In this document: positions 61,732-64,000 of the stretch, piece by piece
Position numbering within the stretch: position 1 is the stretch's first letter
Layout: each line of letters opens with the position of its first letter
Source: Hydrurus foetidus
Lineage: Eukaryota
Length of the DNA: 64,000 nt
NCBI GenBank assembly: GCA_900617105.1
Contig: UYFQ01000001.1
Coordinates: 3,038,001-3,102,000 of the forward strand
Direction of reading: 5' to 3'
The notes under the pieces: model-generated
What the model was told of the DNA's origin: nothing
Databases searched by the model: none
What the model saw: only the letters and a program-made list of their open reading frames with translations
Translations under genes and position numbers: made by a program

Positions 61732-62214
61732 GTGCAGTGGCTGTATGTCATTTCCTTGGGCTTGGGCTTGTTGGGCTTGCTGAGCTTGGCTGCGTACGGC
61801 GTGTACGCCGCTCACATTTTTTATGCGGATTACCGATTGGCCATGGCAGACAAAGCGGGCACCGCTTTGCCCCCGCGCGCCGCCACCGTGGCCGCCGCCC
61901 TGGCGGCAGAACTGGCCATTGACTACGCGCCGTCCAGCAAGCAGTGGAGCGGCTCTTCAGCCGGCGAGCTGCCGCTGAAAGTGCTGACTTACCGCCAGTA
62001 CGAATGCCTGGAAGACGCGCGTTACGGTTTTACCATCGTCGGCGTGACCAGGCTCGAGCAACAAAACGCGCTGCCGCTTAAAACCCGGGCGCACGGCAAA
62101 AAAACCGTTGACTCTTTGGTCAAGCACGGGTTTTTGGAAGGCGCTGCTGAGCAAGGGTTCTCTATTACTGACCGTGGCTTGAATGCGCTGGCGGTGTGCA
62201 GCGTGCGGTACTAG
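61732..62214 (+). CDS. Hypothetical protein, N-terminal TM helix and possible C-terminal winged helix
   Basis: Hydrophobic first 30 aa; SLVKHGFLE...FSITDRGLNAL. Confidence 0.6.
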   Translation: MQWLYVISLGLGLLGLLSLAAYGVYAAHIFYADYRLAMADKAGTALPPRAATVAAALAAELAIDYAPSSKQWSGSSAGELPLKVLTYRQYECLEDARYGFTIVGVTRLEQQNALPLKTRAHGKKTVDSLVKHGFLEGAAEQGFSITDRGLNALAVCSVRY

Positions 62215-62241
62215 CCGCTGGGTAGGCAAGCAGTCCGTTTT

Positions 62242-62306
62242 GCTATATAAAAAAGAGCTGCTTGCGCCTGTATCTATTGGGCTACAGCCCTATTTTACTT
62301 ATATTT
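62242..62306 (-). repeat. Dispersed 55-bp element, copy M
   Basis: Reverse complement GGGCTGTAGCCCAATAGATACAGGCGCAAGCAGCTCTTTTTTATATAGC. Confidence 0.88.
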
Positions 62307-62955
62307 CGGACAATAATCCGCTCAGCAGCCACAGTGCGCAGCCCCACATGGTCAGCGCCACCACGGCGTCGAGCGCACGCCACACGCCGGGCACGCGCAT
62401 GTACTGCCCGAGCTTGGCCATCGCGGTGCCGAGCAGCACAAACCACAGCAGCGAACCCATTGCAGCACCGAAGCCGAACACGGTGTTGTCAGGCCGGGCG
62501 TAGGCCAGCGGAGCGGTGCCGATCAGCACGGCGGTGTCCAGCCAGGCATGTGGATTCAGCCACGACAGCGCCAGAGCACCGCCTACGGCCTGGCGGCGGG
62601 TAGTTTTCGGCTGGTCGGCGTCGACCTTGCTGTCTTGGTTGTGTTGCCCGCCGTCACTTGCATAGGCCAAAGCGGGGGTCTGCATCAATCGCCGTGCCGC
62701 GCGCGTACCGTATACGCACAACACCAGCGCGCCAGCCGCCGTCATGCTGGTCACCGCCCAAGCGGGCAAACCGCCCAGCGCAGCAAGTCCGGCCACACCA
62801 ATGGTGATTAGTAGCAAGTCAGTGCCCACACACGGCCTAACTGTTAACCACAGGTGCTGGCGCAGCAGGCCCATGCGCATCAAGTGAGCGTTCTGCGGGC
62901 CAATCGCCATGATCAACGACAGGCTGAGCAACATGCCGGTCAAGAAGGCCAGGTT
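62299..62955 (-). pseudogene. LysE/ArgO family amino acid exporter, native 5' end and promoter apparently lost
   Basis: AFLTGMLLSLSLIMAIGPQN, WLNPHAWLDT, GSLLWF; the frame runs straight into antisense argP sequence; internal ATG at 62934 could still be used. Confidence 0.65.
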
Positions 62956-63372
62956 GGCGAGTGGACCGAAAAAAGTGGCCGCGTGGCGGCGCACCAATTG
63001 CTTAGCCAGCCCGCCGTTATTTTCAATCGCAAAGACGGCTTGCAAGATGCGTTTTTGGCCCAGCATCTAAAACTTAGCAATGCGCACTACCCGCGCCATA
63101 TCGTGCCGTCGGTCGACGGTTTTGAACGCGCCCTGGAGCTGGGCCTGGGCTGGGTAATGGTGCCCGAGCTGTTGCTCAATGTCCGCGCTGAAAGCCGCGC
63201 GCTGCAAGAGGTACTGCCCGGCCGCACGGTAGATGTCGCGCTGTACTGGCAGCACTGGTCGCGCGAACCGCTGGCGGGGCAACGCCTGACGAAAGCGGTG
63301 CTGCACGCTGCGCACGCCCAGCTGCTGCAAATCAATCAAAAACAGTCCAAAATGCCTTCAAAAAGCATATAA
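62956..63372 (+). pseudogene. argP: ArgP/LysG LysR regulator, C-terminal fragment only
   Basis: PAVIFNRKDGLQ, HIVPSVDGF, GLGWVMVPE, LYWQHW; no HTH upstream. Confidence 0.75.
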
Positions 63373-63424
63373 AACAGTCTATAGACCAATAAATACGGGC
63401 GCGAGCAGCTCTTGATAATATAGC
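63371..63424 (+). repeat. Dispersed 55-bp element, copy N
   Basis: CTATAGACCAATAAATACGGGCGCGAGCAGCTCTTGATAATATAGC. Confidence 0.9.
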
Positions 63425-63492
63425 AAATTGAGTCGTTGCCTGACGTCCGCCGCGTCCCTCAGGCTCGGCTCGCTTATCAGTAAAATCACCGC

Positions 63493-64000
63493 ATGCTCTC
63501 GATAAAAACAGATTTGATCGTCGCCTTGGGCGATGCGCTTGAACAACTCCACCCCGGCGCTCGGGAAAAAGCCGCGTTTGAATCGCCCAAAGTTGCTGCC
63601 CACGGCGACTTTGCTTGCACCGCTGCGATGCAATTAGCCAAAGGGTTGAAACAAAACCCGCGCCAGGTGGCAGACGCGCTGCGCGCACTGCTGCTGGCCG
63701 CACCGGCTTTTATCAAGTGGGTGCAAGACATTGACATTGCCGGGCCCGGCTTCATCAACATCCGCTTAACGCCTGCCGCCAAGCAGCAAACGGTGCGCGA
63801 AATTTTGCAAACTGGCGCGCTGTACGGCAGCCATGCAACGCCACCGGCTGGCGGCGCAGCCCAGCCGATGGTGGTCGAGTTTGTGTCGGCCAACCCGACC
63901 GGCCCGCTGCATGTCGGGCATGGCCGCCAAGCCGCTTTGGGTGATGCCATTTGCAATTTGTTTGCAACGCAGGGCGTGGCCGTTCACCGCGAGTTTTACT
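63493..64000 (+). CDS. argS: Arginine--tRNA ligase, N-terminal part (runs off the window; not in the ORF track)
   Basis: Manual translation MLSIKTDL...HGDFAC...AGPGFIN...VEFVSANPTGPLHVGHGR...REFY. Confidence 0.96.
   Translation, partial: MLSIKTDLIVALGDALEQLHPGAREKAAFESPKVAAHGDFACTAAMQLAKGLKQNPRQVADALRALLLAAPAFIKWVQDIDIAGPGFINIRLTPAAKQQTVREILQTGALYGSHATPPAGGAAQPMVVEFVSANPTGPLHVGHGRQAALGDAICNLFATQGVAVHREFY

Noticed and set aside
62956..63066. N-terminal extension of the 255-aa LysE ORF (MLGQKRIL...) and the first ~34 aa of the 172-aa ArgP ORF
   Set aside because: Each is the antisense reading of the other gene across the inferred deletion junction

Overview
GC-rich betaproteobacterial chromosome segment; gene order and protein sequences resemble Comamonadaceae (Polaromonas/Rhodoferax-like). 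It spans the replication origin (gyrB-dnaN-oriC-dnaA, divergent rpmH-rnpA-yidD-yidC-mnmE). It also carries kdsD-kdsC-lptC, a bufferin-type MNIO RiPP metallophore cluster with its own ECF sigma/anti-sigma and two matching promoters, SAM-II-controlled metX-metW, and a chromate-resistance pair behind a structured leader. Further along are a tetronate catabolic cluster (ltnD-denD-otnK-otnC-otnI), TPP-controlled thiC-thiO-thiS-thiG-thiE, purU, glcD-cidA-lrgB, a lysE/argP pair apparently broken by a deletion, and the 5' part of argS. I saw no rRNA, tRNA, CRISPR array or transposase. The most unusual unexplained structure is a dispersed ~55-bp element (core CAATAAATACGGGCGCGAGCAGCTAT-N7-ATAGC). It occurs at least 14 times with invariant spacing, often has helically phased A/T tracts beside it, and sits at 7 of 10 convergent gene junctions. 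Three copies appear superimposed on coding sequence. A second, GC-rich palindromic element is inserted in-frame in metX and otnK. All calls come from reading the sequence by eye; no searches were run.
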